A program made the translations under genes and the position numbers. From Mytilus californianus (Eukaryota), in NCBI RefSeq assembly GCF_021869535.1, contig NW_026262604.1, forward strand, positions 19,220,001-19,284,000: a DNA stretch of 64,000 nucleotides. The letters are read 5' to 3'. This document shows positions 23,911-36,700 of the stretch, piece after piece (positions within the stretch are counted from its first letter, which is position 1; each line of letters begins with the position of its first letter). The notes beneath the pieces are model-generated. The model was not told the DNA's origin. It was given only the letters and a program-made list of their open reading frames with translations, and did not search any database.

Positions 23911-24155
23911 TTGACTGCATAGACACTGCTGATGATTACTACAAAGCTAACGGTAAATCTTTTACAAATAAAGACAGGGACCATGACAAGTACAGTGATA
24001 ACCTGGCAGTAACATTTACGAGTGCTTGGTGGTATAGTCGGAATATGTATTCAGACTTCAATAGAGCATATTCAGGTCATACAGGCACAATGGTTTGGGC
24101 GTCTTGGAGTGCTGCTATATCGAAAAGTATAATGTTGATTAAAACAACTAATTAA
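23911..24155 (+). pseudogene. Fibrinogen C-domain terminal exon, copy A
   Basis: tatttgtag acceptor; DCIDTADDYYKANGKSFTNKDRDHDKYSDNLAVTFTSAWWYSRNMYSDFNRAYSGHTGTMVWASWSAAISKSIMLIKTTN*, matching the FBG pattern NG..FST.D.DND...AWWY...W..W. Confidence 0.85.
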
Positions 24156-24848
24156 AAATTTCATTCAAGTGTCCTTAATTTCAAACCTCGTCTTTTTGAT
24201 TACCCTTCAAGATCACCTGAGATCACCCCTGGTTTTTGGTATGGTTCGTGTTGCTCTGTCTTTAGTTTTCTATGTTGTGTTTCGCGTACTGTTGTTTGCC
24301 TTTTAATGTTTTCCTTGGCGTTGTCAGTTTATTTTCGACTTATGAATTTGAATGTCAATTTTGGTATCTTTCGCCTCTCTTTGAAATTAAAAAAATCTCA
24401 ATTGAGCGATGTTGATATTATACAGTGTATCAAATGCAGTAGACATTAATGCTGTGTGAATATGTTTTAAACCTCCTACTTTCCACCACATAGTCAATCT
24501 TATTGTCGTCCCTTTTATTTATCAATGAAAAGTTCCAAATAAACTTGATTTCAGCTGCAAGACACGTATTGCTAACGCTGAAGCAAGGCGTTAAAATTCG
24601 TTTGACTGAATAAAAACTGTTATAGAATACACCACGAAATTATCCTTTTAGCTAGATAAACGAGATATAGGATATTGATTAATCAGCATTTAATTGTTTG
24701 CCTTCATTGCTGTGAATAATTATTGCTAGTAAACAAAAATGCATTAGTATACACAAAAAACAAATTTTAGTCTGAAACGGCCATTTTGATCTGAACAGCT
24801 CTTAAAAGATTGAACAATGAATGATTACGTCATTGTTAGTTTTTATCC

Positions 24849-25042
24849 AGTGCGGTAAATTCAGTACTGTTCAAACCTTCGCTTGCGGTCAATTAAGAGA
24901 TGTTCAGTGTATGTTCAGACTGTTCAGTAGTTGTTCTTTACCTGTAAAGATCATCAATTTACTGAGTTGTATGAAAAGCTACTGAACAGTACTGAATTGA
25001 CTGCAAGCGAAACCTCTGAACAATACCGAACTTACCGCAGTC
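24849..25042. mobile_element. Palindromic MITE-like element with imperfect TIRs of about 46 bp
   Basis: tgcggtaaattcagtactgttcaaaccttcgcttgcggtcaatt versus the reverse complement of aattgactgcaagcgaaacctctgaacaataccgaacttaccgca. Confidence 0.65.
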
Positions 25043-28000
25043 AATTAATCTAAATAATGAAGGAATTATTGAAATTGACATAATTATTTATTGTTTAGAC
25101 TTTTTAGATGATGTCAAGATCAAAATGACCGTTTCAGACTAAAAGTCGTTTGCTAGTGATATGTATGGGGTAACACTTTTGATATCCTACTGACATCCAA
25201 AGTATAATCATTACTGTGTGTTTTTGTTTTAGCCCAACATTTCCGTAAAAAAATCATTCCCAGAAAGTAGATCAATTTGTTTCTGTTTTTGCTGGATGCT
25301 GTATTTTTGTGAGCACAACGCATGCATTGGATGTTTATCATACTTTTATGGAGGTCACTTGCTGAACATACGCATATTGTCCTCATTGCTAGAAAATTCG
25401 AAAATGTACGAAAGTTCCTTAACTTTCCTCATCTGACATAATACATTTTTTTTCATATTAAAGAATTAATGATCCGCAAGCACCGATCGGGGAAAAAATC
25501 AGCAGCTCAGAACATTCTTGCGTAGGACATTATTGCCCACTGTGTACCAGAAACTTGTGGGTGTTGAATAAATATAAAATTCAACTTATGAGCTTCAGTC
25601 AAAAAAAACATGCTTAAAAATGCCAAAAATTCCATTAGCAAATATTAACAGATAAACATCACACTGACAGAGTTTCAAATTAAATATTTTTCTAAACAAC
25701 GGAAATACAAATATCCTTTAAAATATAAGTGTTTCTCGATTCTCGTTTTTTATATAGATTAGACCGTTGGTTTTCATGTTTGAATTGTTTTAAACTAGTC
25801 ATTTAAGGGCCCTTTATAGCTTGCTGTTCGGTGTGAGCCAAGGCTCCGTGTTAAAGGCCGTACTTTGAATTATAATTGTTAACTTTTTTTTTGCTTGAAT
25901 GGAGAGTTTTCTCATTGGTACTCATACTACATCTTCTTAATTATACATACAATAACTCTATACTAACTTTAGAAAAAAAAATATAAATTTCACAGTATTC
26001 TCGTAGTCTAGCGTATGCTATCCCATGTTTGTATCTAACCAGAGACCTTTATTGTGTTTTCGTGTTAAACTTCTGTATCACAGTAGGGGTTTACTTGAGG
26101 CATCAGCACAGGGAATGTAAGTTGTCGTTCCAATCTGATCATAGCAAAGGTTTTGTTGTAAAATGCACTCAGGATTCGGTAGATTTTCAACTGATGATGT
26201 ATAATGGGTGTAAACGCATGTTTGTTTTTATGTTTTAATCACAATGTTCATGATAAACCCTAATAAAAATCAATAAGTTTTGGTAAAAATTGTAGGCAAT
26301 ATACATTTTCCTTAGTATCAACAAAACACCTGTGCTTTGCTCATTGTTGAAAGCCGTACGGTGACCTATTGTTGTTAATTTTTTTGTCATTTGGTCTCTT
26401 GTGGAGAGTTGTCTCATTGGCAATCATACCACTTATTCTTTTGTATATTTATAAAACATATCTTCCATGTCATTTACCGGACAATTTTCTTTCACATTAT
26501 CTATATTCAAATACCTTTCCATAGTTGGTTTTAAAACATTGCTGTTTATTCTTAAATTTCCTTTCATATACAGAATCAAATATAATTTCTTAATTTACAG
26601 AAACAACACTTTTACTTTGACAGGTCAAGAATAACAGCTCGGCATTTACTTTATACATAACTGTATTTTACTGTTGTACAACTCCATACTGTACATGCAA
26701 TTTAATTATTACTTTACACAGACATGCAGAACATTTTTTTTTGCCACAGCAATCTGTTGTTTGTTTTTGTTTTTTGGCCATTATTTAACTTTAAAGAATC
26801 ACAGCAAGTAATGTCGACGCAAGATCTTGAATATATGCAAAATTTCTATTTAGTTTATCCTAATTTTATCTTGAAGGTATGATACAATTGTATTGAGTTT
26901 TCATTGTATCATAACTAAAATTTCGACTCATTTTCAATCTCTATTGCTCAGCGTTCGTTTTCAAGATGAGGCCATTCTTGAATAGGTACATTGTAGCAGT
27001 GCATATTTTTTATATGTTAGGTTGTTGTTAGAAGTGATGGTTCTCCTGCCAAAACATTCATTTTTGTTTCCCAGATTATGATAGAAAGATATCTGTTGAT
27101 TTTGCGATTACTATGTCAAAGGTGAAGGTCGTAGTAAATAAAAGTAGACTGACATCTGTGAAGGAAAGGAGTTTCCATGTTTTATCAAACGCTACATATG
27201 GGACTACAACCTTACTTCGATTTATAGTTATAGCATACAATAACTAGACGATTCCTTTTAAGTTTGAAGTCTAACGTCAAAGATCAAAGTCGTACTTCTA
27301 CAAAAACACAGTTTTTTTTCTCCAGAAATTCAGTTTTATATGCTTAATAATATACAGCATATTGCAATCTTAGATATACGATCTTATATATAGCGAAAGA
27401 GATCCTCACTAATATTGACGTCAATACCTCAAAGGTCAATGCCAAAGTTATTAAAAATAGATTGCTACGGTATTTACGTGCAACCACAAGCAAACGTAAA
27501 TAAATAGAACATGACCTTTACTTCATTTTCTATTTGGTGGACCATGAACCTCAATTCAAAAGACCCTAGGTCTCTATAACATATGGTTTACGATTCAAAA
27601 TTATTTTTCACTTGCGTCAAAATGAAAAATGAATTTACCCTTATGGAGTCTCCGCATCGCATCGTTCAAAATTATTTGCGCCATCCTGAGGATGAAACGA
27701 GGAGTTTGGGAAGTTTTTGTTTAATATAGTTTCTGGAAGCGAAGATGCAGTATTCAAACAGTGTTTCGGGAGATAGCTCTTACAAGGAAAAGTGTTCGAT
27801 GAAGCGGTATCATTTTCAAAAGCGTATACACTATTACCATTAACCACGTACCAAACATCTAAGCAAAACGACAAAACAGCGCAAGAAAAATAATTTGCCA
27901 GAAGAAAAACTAAAATTATCAGAACAAAATCAAAATATCTTTCCGTGAAAAAGTGGAAAGACCTAATTATCCTTACGACAGTCAATGTTATACAACCTAC

Positions 28001-30622
28001 GTATTTCCATTTTTGATTTTATCTATTTATGTTCAATAGGTATCATTAAGTACATATTCCTATGATAAGTAGACAATCAGTTCACGTCTTGTATTCTTAA
28101 GTGTCATCACAGTATGATAGCTTGTAAGTTTTATAAGTTTCCATATATATGCATTTATCTAGGGCATACTTTCCAATGATATCTTTCAAAGTGATGTATC
28201 CTTTTGTAATTTTAATTTCATGCTAACACGAAACAGAAAACATATGTTTAACTTAGATGAAATTACACAATAAGATAACATTATACAGTATGTAGACATA
28301 AAGGATTGTCTTTAATATAAGATAACGTTAACACTTAAGGTCAAGCTATTGGCAGAAATAACATGTTTCTTCTTTCCAAACTTGTTACATTGAATTCGAA
28401 GATTATTTGTCTGATCAAACTATAAACTTTGTTCTCTCCTGGTCATGATTAAAGCATTTTACACGTAAATTACTCAAATCTATTAAAATCATGCATACAT
28501 TTTTCAAATTATATATCACTGGTTACATGTATGTGTACCCTATATCACAATGATCTAACACAATTCTCATAAACAAAAAACACATACAAAATAGCTTTAC
28601 ATAAATTACACTTTTCAGAAATCATAGGTGAAAAAGAGGTGCGAGAAACCACTTGGAAATTCAGAATGCATAAGTCGAAGAAAAACGGACAACACCGTGC
28701 CAAAATACGAAAAACGACGAAACACAAAACTCTAAATAGTAATCTAAAGACTTAGCAACAAAACCTCCACCGAAACAGATACAATAACATACACTCATCA
28801 ACTGCATTGGTAACACTTTTTTCAAATTAACGCAAAAATGCATTATCTAACCTTTGTAATATGAATGTGTCTGTTTTTACAGCATTCGGGTTAATGCTTA
28901 ATGGTTTAGTGTTGCTGTCGGTGCTACTGAATAGTATCAGTAAATATGATTTGTATTTTTTTTTAGATATAAGTGAAATATAGTGCAAGCTTTGTTTATC
29001 TATAAAGTTTAACACTTCCGATTGAATATATTGCAAACCTGGTCTAATTTTTTATAACGTTCCCAAAATACTTAATGTTGTTCATGACATCAACAAATGC
29101 GACTTGTCAAGGATTTTTGTATTTTTTGTCATGTCAGTATAACATACCGTGTTAGAAAAGCTTAACATGTAGCATGATTAGTGAAACTTGAGTTTAGTTG
29201 AGTGTGGTTTTTTTTTGCGGGGTGGGGGTCATGTTGTTCGAACTTAAGATTTGTTTTTTCTGTCGATACACATTTATTTTTGAAATTCAAAAGGACAATA
29301 AAAATGCAGAACAGAAGTAAAACCGGGTTCTTCGTCTTATATGTCAACTTATATTTGAATGCATTTTCTCGGTAAAGATAAATTAATACGCACGAGATCG
29401 GCGTTTGTAACAACCGTTTGTCATTAGTATTATGTATAAAAAGATATGTAAAAATGATATCAACATAATATGATGCTTTGATTTTGATGAAATACACATA
29501 ATTTAGATTGACTGGTCATCTGTTATATATTGAAAGGAATACGTTTAAAAAGCAATCTTATAGTAAAAAGGCAAATAACAAAAATACCGAACTCCGAGGA
29601 AAATTCTAAACAGAAAGTCCCTATTAGGCAAGTAGCAAAATCAAAAGTTCAAACACATCAAACGAATGGACAACAACTGTCATATTCATGACTTGGTACA
29701 GTCATTTTCTTATGTAGAAAAAAAGGTTAAACCTGGTTTTATAGCTAGCTAAACATCTCACGTGTATGACAGTCAATAAAATTCCATGATATTGACTACG
29801 ATGTGTGAACAAAACAAACAGACATAATAAGTACACATGTCAAAAATAGGGGTACAACAGTCAACATTGTGTTATAATCTCAATCACTATAAAAACAAAC
29901 AAATAAGCGGGTTTTGTCATTCTGTTTATGAGTAGCTTTTTATTGTGTATGTTTAAAGACGGGAAAAAATGTAAGTACGTTCAACCTGTACGTTTACACC
30001 AAGTGATTGGATTTAAGAAGAAAGAAAGAATCGAGTACTGACTGCTATTTCCTATCCAAAAACTGATTATAACAAAAACAAAAACTATAACTTTAATACA
30101 ATAATACAATTTGTCAAATATTAGTTAGCAAGTTATCTTGTATGGAACACAGTCATGAATATGAGGAACGGAGTTCGTATAATCATTTATATTCCACTAA
30201 AACCTATTTAAGCAGTGAAAATATATAAAAATAGTTTGAAGGCATCAAATACAACGTCATATCATGAATGTTGCTGTAAACGAACCACTCAGTAAAAAGT
30301 AATAAAACGGTCACCAAACATAAACAAGATTACAAAATTAACATGGTTGAAAATTGAAAATTGAAAATATTTTATATATGTTGCAGATATCGTGCAGGAA
30401 TTTTATATAATGTTTAAAATATATCCCATGCCATAGATGTCTGCAAAAATCCTTTCTTATATGATTTCATATACAGTCAAGCATGGATTAGGCGACAGTA
30501 ACTATAAAATGTTGTATTGTGATGTCCAGATTTAATTCTGGAATGCATATACTAATCTTGACTACGGTTAAAACATTATACATTAATGATTGTGATCTAG
30601 CATATTGGTTCTCGTTTATTAG

Positions 30623-30705
30623 ACACCGAACGAGTATGTTATGCATGCAGCAGTTTGAAAGAAGGTGAAAAATGTCAACATGTTATGAGCTGTAATAAAG
30701 ATGAG
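30623..30705 (+). CDS. LU domain 1 exon a (DTERVCYACSSLKEGEKCQHVMSCNKDE)
   Basis: tttattag acceptor and gtaata donor; 83 nt, phase 1-0; CxxC start typical of LU domains. Confidence 0.8.
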
Positions 30706-33700
30706 GTAATAATATATTAGAATTCTATAAACAGTTATTAGTTCTACACATGTACACACTTTGTAATCATTTTGACCTTCTATAAATCTTCCACGGGGAT
30801 GATTTTGAAATTGTATAAAAAAAATTAACACATTGTATAAAATGTGGCAAAACATTATGTCAAGAATTCTACCGAATATGTCATTACATTTTTCTCAGGG
30901 CTTATTTGACATACTCAATCAGTTGAATCTACAGATTTTCTTAAAAAGAGTATGTTGAATATAGGCCTATATTTCTACTCACAACACGCTACTTATACGT
31001 GAGAGGCTATGAATTTGAAAATATCATAATACATACTTTCCTGACGCTGATAGAAATAAATGTTCAAGTATGTTATACAAGATGTATAAAAAGTAAAATC
31101 ACAAAAATACTGAACTCCGAGGAAAATTCAAAAAGGAAAGTCCCTAATCAAACGACAAAATCAAAAGATCAAACACATCAAACGAATGGATAACAACTGT
31201 CATATTCCTGACTTGGTACAGGCATTTTGTTATGTAGAAAATGATGAATTGAACATGGTTTAAAAGCTAGCTAAACCTCTCACTTGTATGATAGTCGCAT
31301 CAAATTCCATTATATTGACAACGATGCGTGAACAAAACAAACAGACACAATAGGAAAAAATGTCAAAAATAAGGGTACAGCAGTCAACATTGTGTTATCA
31401 TCTCAAATACTATAAAAACAAATTAATTTTACAAAGAAGAACAAAAGGCATACATCAAATTTAACATCCTCATTTTGCTTTTTTCTTATACGATACTATT
31501 TATGTATGTACAATCCACCCATAAAGGATTGAAAGATTTTAAGTACTGGCGTAGAATCGCGCATTTGACGTCACACAGGTAGATATAAAATAATGTTGTC
31601 GTTCAAAGTATGACGGGATACATGATACAGAGTTACGTCAAATGGATATCACAAAAACGGAATTAACAGTAAAAGTAATAGTAATAAAATAAAATAATTT
31701 TGTCGTTCTACGTATGATGGGATACATAAGTACAGAGTCACGTCAAATGAATATCACAAAAAAACAGACTTAACAGTAAAAATAATATTTATAAAGACAA
31801 ATAAAAGAATACCATAACACGGTATTAAGATGATTAACAACGTCAGTGTGCAGAATTTATACATCAAGACCATCGTGTATTAGTTGTGAAGTTGATACGG
31901 AATATTTATCAACAAGGTATTGGTACTTTCCGATGAATTTTTTTTAGAAAAAGGACGAGACGTTCTTTGACATATCCCTGGTTCATCAACTTTCTGCTCA
32001 GACAGTGGTGACGTTTTACAAAGTCTGAGTAGGAGCTGCAAGCTCTTGAATACCTAATTAGTTAGGAAATGTATATCCCATATGTTGGTATATTGCAACT
32101 AAGGTGGGGGAAATTGATAATTTCAAAATTAAAAATCGTCTCGTTTGTTATAGATTCTGGTACTGAGATGACTGTGTATGTCAAATTCGAGGTATCAGTC
32201 TAAAAATGAGGCAGAGGAAGCCGTGTCTGTTGTTTCTTTAATTTCTAGTTCTGGGGGATATATTTATAGAACCCAATCAGAAAAGTTAGGATTGTCAATG
32301 GAAATAACATCATCAATAAATCTGAAAGTGAAAGTAAATAACCTGGCTTCTTTGATCTTCTTGTTTTTGACAAGTGTCTGAAGGAACTCCGATTCATATG
32401 ACATCAGAAGAGGTCGGCAAGGAGAGGCGAACAGTTGGTTCCCATAGGAATGCCGATAATTTGTTGAAAATGTCTACCTCCAAATTCAACAAATATGTTG
32501 TCACTAAGAAACTCCAGCATACTGATCACTTGTTTCTCTGTGTAGCATGTTTTACCCTTTTGTTCACTATTAACAAAATATGCCTTATGGTATCCCAAAG
32601 TAATGAATGTATAGCGTATGCTACCATTTTTATGTTCAAAAGTAACGTCGATTATTTCTTTTAGACGATTTTTCAATTTCACATGGGGAATTGTGGTATA
32701 CAAGGTTGAAAAATCAAAAGTTTTCATAGAACTAATTTCAGAAAAAGACCAGGATTTTAAATTATCCAGAAATTCTCCAGAGTTTTTAAGAATCCACATA
32801 TGGTTAATACCACTACGCGAGTTAACAGTTTCACAGTATTTCTGAAGACCATCTCTCCCTGCGGATAGAATTTTAGTCAATCTAATGGACAATTCTTTAG
32901 TGGAACATGCAGATCAGCCGGCAATGTACCGTTATTTGTACGGATTTTGTGAAGTTTAGGTATCCAATACATACAAGGTTAGTCCTCCGATTTGTTGTTG
33001 AATGCAATGTTCATTGAAGCCATGAAGGACTAATGATTCGCCAAAATCTCATCCTTGTCATATGATGTTTTTGTATGTGGGATTTCCTGAGTGCTAATTT
33101 ATTCCTAATTATTTTACAAGACACTTGTAGCAATACGATTTACAAACAAATCTAATGTTATTTGAATCTTCGTCCACAGGAGCAACAACACTATACTAAA
33201 GAGTATAGTGTGTATTCATTTTCACTAACCATGCAACCTGAACGGTAAATTATCCAAAAGTCGACACTTGGAAAACAGGACTTAATGGAAAATTGTTGGT
33301 GAAATCAGAAGTTGACTTACATTCACATTTTCATTCCATTTATAACTATTTTACAAACAAATAAATAAAGATTAGAAAATTTAACAGTAAACATCCTTAC
33401 TTCATCCAAAACAGATGAAGGAGAGTTACAAATGTTTGTTTGTTCAAAAGTAGAATTTTATGCTTTTTATTTGCTATGTCTTCCAACCATACATAAAAAT
33501 CGTTGATAAATTTGACTAACTAAAAACTGAAAACATACTTGAAAGCAACAATCTAATACAAAGCGTATTATGACTCTTTCAGATAGCAACATTTAGATGA
33601 CCTTTATAGATAAGACTATTAGATAGCAATTTGTATTTATTTTAATTGTGTCACAGATATTTCCAGGGGGATCAAACTTCAAGCCTGTATTACAAACTTG

Positions 33701-36700
33701 CAAACACTGTTTAAAAATCCTCACCTTCAGATATAGTAATAACATTATAAATATGAGCAACGGTTTTACCTAAAAGATATTTTCCCCTTTGTCTTAATAA
33801 TATCTGTCTTTTAGGTAAGGTTTTGGATGTTATCTTATTTATTACAAAATAAATAAAGAGTGACATTTAGATTAAATATATTCATTTCAAAAAACAAGTT
33901 ACCTTTCTGAACTCAAGTGACTAGATAATGACTTAGGAATGCTGTTTTATAAAATATGCAAACAATTGAAAAACGTGAAAAATTGGAGTACTTTTGTAAT
34001 TCAGGGACCAAAACAATCGAAATCACCTTTTGTCACTCAGGATAACCGCGAAGTTTTTAAAAGTTTACAAATTAAAATACCGATTTAAGTTAAGCCGGAA
34101 CATTGGAAGACAAAATAATTCATTAGCTGATTTCAATGACGTATTTGGAAGTTGTGGGATTGATTCCCTTCTTTAATAAACTTATATTTTGCGATTGTTT
34201 TTACTAACCATTTTTGTCATTTTTCAGATCTGTTTTGTTCAGAAATACTTTACCCTTGGTAATGAAACTAGATACGATTTTGGTTGTACATATCAGGAGG
34301 TAATCATAATGTTCACAAAATAATTCGTAAAGTTTAATACGAGACATTTTCTTATGATCAATGATGATATGACGCATTGTTACAATGGGTAGTATAAAAC
34401 TGACAATTTGAATAACTATTTGACAATTTTAACGAAAAACCCTGAATATATAGCCAAATAAAAATATTAGCTCTTAAACATGTTAAAAGGATGTAATTGA
34501 TATTTAAAATTTCAAATGTAAAATTATTAGATAAGCAAACAAATTTTAATACCTGAATGTCTTTAAATTTACCTTCACATTTCAACATGTTAAGTAGTAG
34601 TCCGCCTAAGAATCAGGCAGATACCAAATAATTTTAGGAACATGAATTTGGTCAATCTGATGCATTATTTGTATATAAACAGTTATTCTCAACTACTTTC
34701 AGCTGACATAGTTAAAAAAGTGGTATATATTATAATTTGTCTATTTTAGCATGTCAGATTGTGCCATAATGCCTTTAATAATGTACTACAAAAGTACTGA
34801 AATATATATTTTTCATTGAAGAAATACTTGAGAAAACAAATGGGAAACCTTAATATCTTTAAAAAATTAAGAAAAAAAAGTGTCATATGTTATTAAAACA
34901 ATAACTGTTTCTGAGTGTTTTTGTCTCATTAGTACACATATTGTCCTTACAAAAAGACTAGACAATGCTAAAATATAGGTTAGAGTTATCTTCCATTACC
35001 CACAATGCAATAGATTTCAACAATGGCAGCCCCCATGGGCTCCTGCTCAATTGGAGTTTTTGCCTCAACAAAGTGTGGAATATCATCAATGCACCCTTCA
35101 CATACAACTTTATCAAGATAGAAGGACTGCCAGAGGAATATCCAAGCTCATTTGTTGAAAGTTGGATTGAATGCAGGTGTAACAGGAGTAGCAGACGTCA
35201 CATACGAGGGGGAACTTATTTCAAAAAGAGTGGGTTTGTTCACTGTTGAGAGCGACTTCAGTGTTTGTCCATATCATAGAGATTTCCTTGGAATAAACTG
35301 GAGACAAAAGGCCTTGTGCCGATATCCAATTCATGAGGGAAAGGCCAAGCCTTATCGGAGCTTTACAACGGCCATGAGCAGTCAAATGTTAGCCGACTTT
35401 TGTGTATTTGTGCCCATTGGCTCTGGTAAGTACAATGTACTTTATTTTGTTTGTATTCCAATTCATTAATTATATTGTCAAATATATACATAAAATTGAG
35501 AATGGAAATGGGGAATGGGTCAAAGAGACAACAACCCGACCATAGAACAGACAACAGCATAAGGTCACCAACAGGTCTTCAATGCAGCGAGAAATTCCCG
35601 CACCCGGAGGCGTCCTTCAGCTGGCCCCTAAACAATTATATATACTAGTTCAGTGATAATGAACGCCATACTAAACTCCAAATTGTACACAAGAAACTAA
35701 AATTAAAAATAATACAAGACTAACAAAGGCTAGAGGCTCCTGACTTGGGACAAGCGCAAAAATGCGGCGGGGTTAAACATGTTTATGAGATCTCAACCCT
35801 CCCCCTATACCTCTAGCCAATGTAGAAAAGTAAACGCATAACAATACGCACATTAAAATTCAGTTCAAGAGAAGTCCGAGTCTGATGTCAGAAGATGTAA
35901 CCAAAGAAAATAAACAAAATGACAATAATACATAAATAACAACAGACTACATGTTTGTTTATAACTGATGCATTGAGTTTGTTTGGTAACAAACGATTGA
36001 AATCTTTAAACAGGTTCAGTATGTTGACATTTTCAAGGACATTTCTCCCTAAGTAACTGATAATATACATATATGTGTATTTTAAAACAAAGTGCACATT
36101 TTTGTATTGACAAATTACCCCTACATGTACCTTAACATTCTCTTTTTTGTTTGTATTAACATATGCCCTACATGAACTTTATTTTTGAAATCTGCCATGT
36201 CAAGTTGATATATGATAAAGTTGTGCATGCAGGCTCTGTAGAGTCATTTAAGACCGCCCTACAAGAACACCCATAACAATGGGGCTCTTCTCCACTGTGT
36301 ATAAAAGCCATAAGCCCATAACAGGATTCTACACATACCAATACAGATACAGATACCCTCCCCCCTTTTTCCACCACAAACTGAACCCCCAAAAAATAAG
36401 TTTTACATTATATAACCACAGTTTTTTTTATAGGTGATGATCAAGTATTTTGAAAGGGGGACATAGCAAGTTAATGTTTTCACTTTTGATTGATACTTTT
36501 AAAAGTTTATGCATAAACATGATGAAGTTTATCATTTACTTTCAAATTTTCAAAAGTTCAGAATGTATCACCTCCTCTAAATATCCAAAATACATCTAAA
36601 TATATACTTATATAATATGAATGTTTCTTAAATTTAAGTTTTATATGTTTGTAAATATTGTTTATGCTTCTCTTGCAAATGTCTTGGTTTTGGGATTTTA

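Larger units (their letters stand above)
14372..24155 (+). pseudogene. Paralogue A of the LU-LU-EB-fibrinogen gene, disabled
   Basis: Exons homologous to copy B: 14372-14443 (donor reads TT), 14999-15128, 15298-15380 (conserved Cys to Tyr), 15723-15794, 16348-16478 (no acceptor AG; +1 nt; TAA), about 16904-17015 (decayed EB), 18746-18865 (+1 frameshift; 120 vs 119 nt), 20918-21099 (14-nt insertion and TAA), 23911-24155 (terminal FBG exon). Confidence 0.85.

Noticed and set aside
26029-26116. Candidate signal-peptide first exon for paralogue B (…LYCVFVLNFCITVGVYL…, phase-1 GTAAGT donor at 26117)
   Set aside because: There is no in-frame ATG (the nearby ATG is in another frame) and no counterpart was found for copy A; it cannot be supported without RNA data.
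34965-35249. 94-aa ATG ORF
   Set aside because: This is an alternative frame over transposase exon 1; the conserved Cys/His motifs lie in the 35023 frame.
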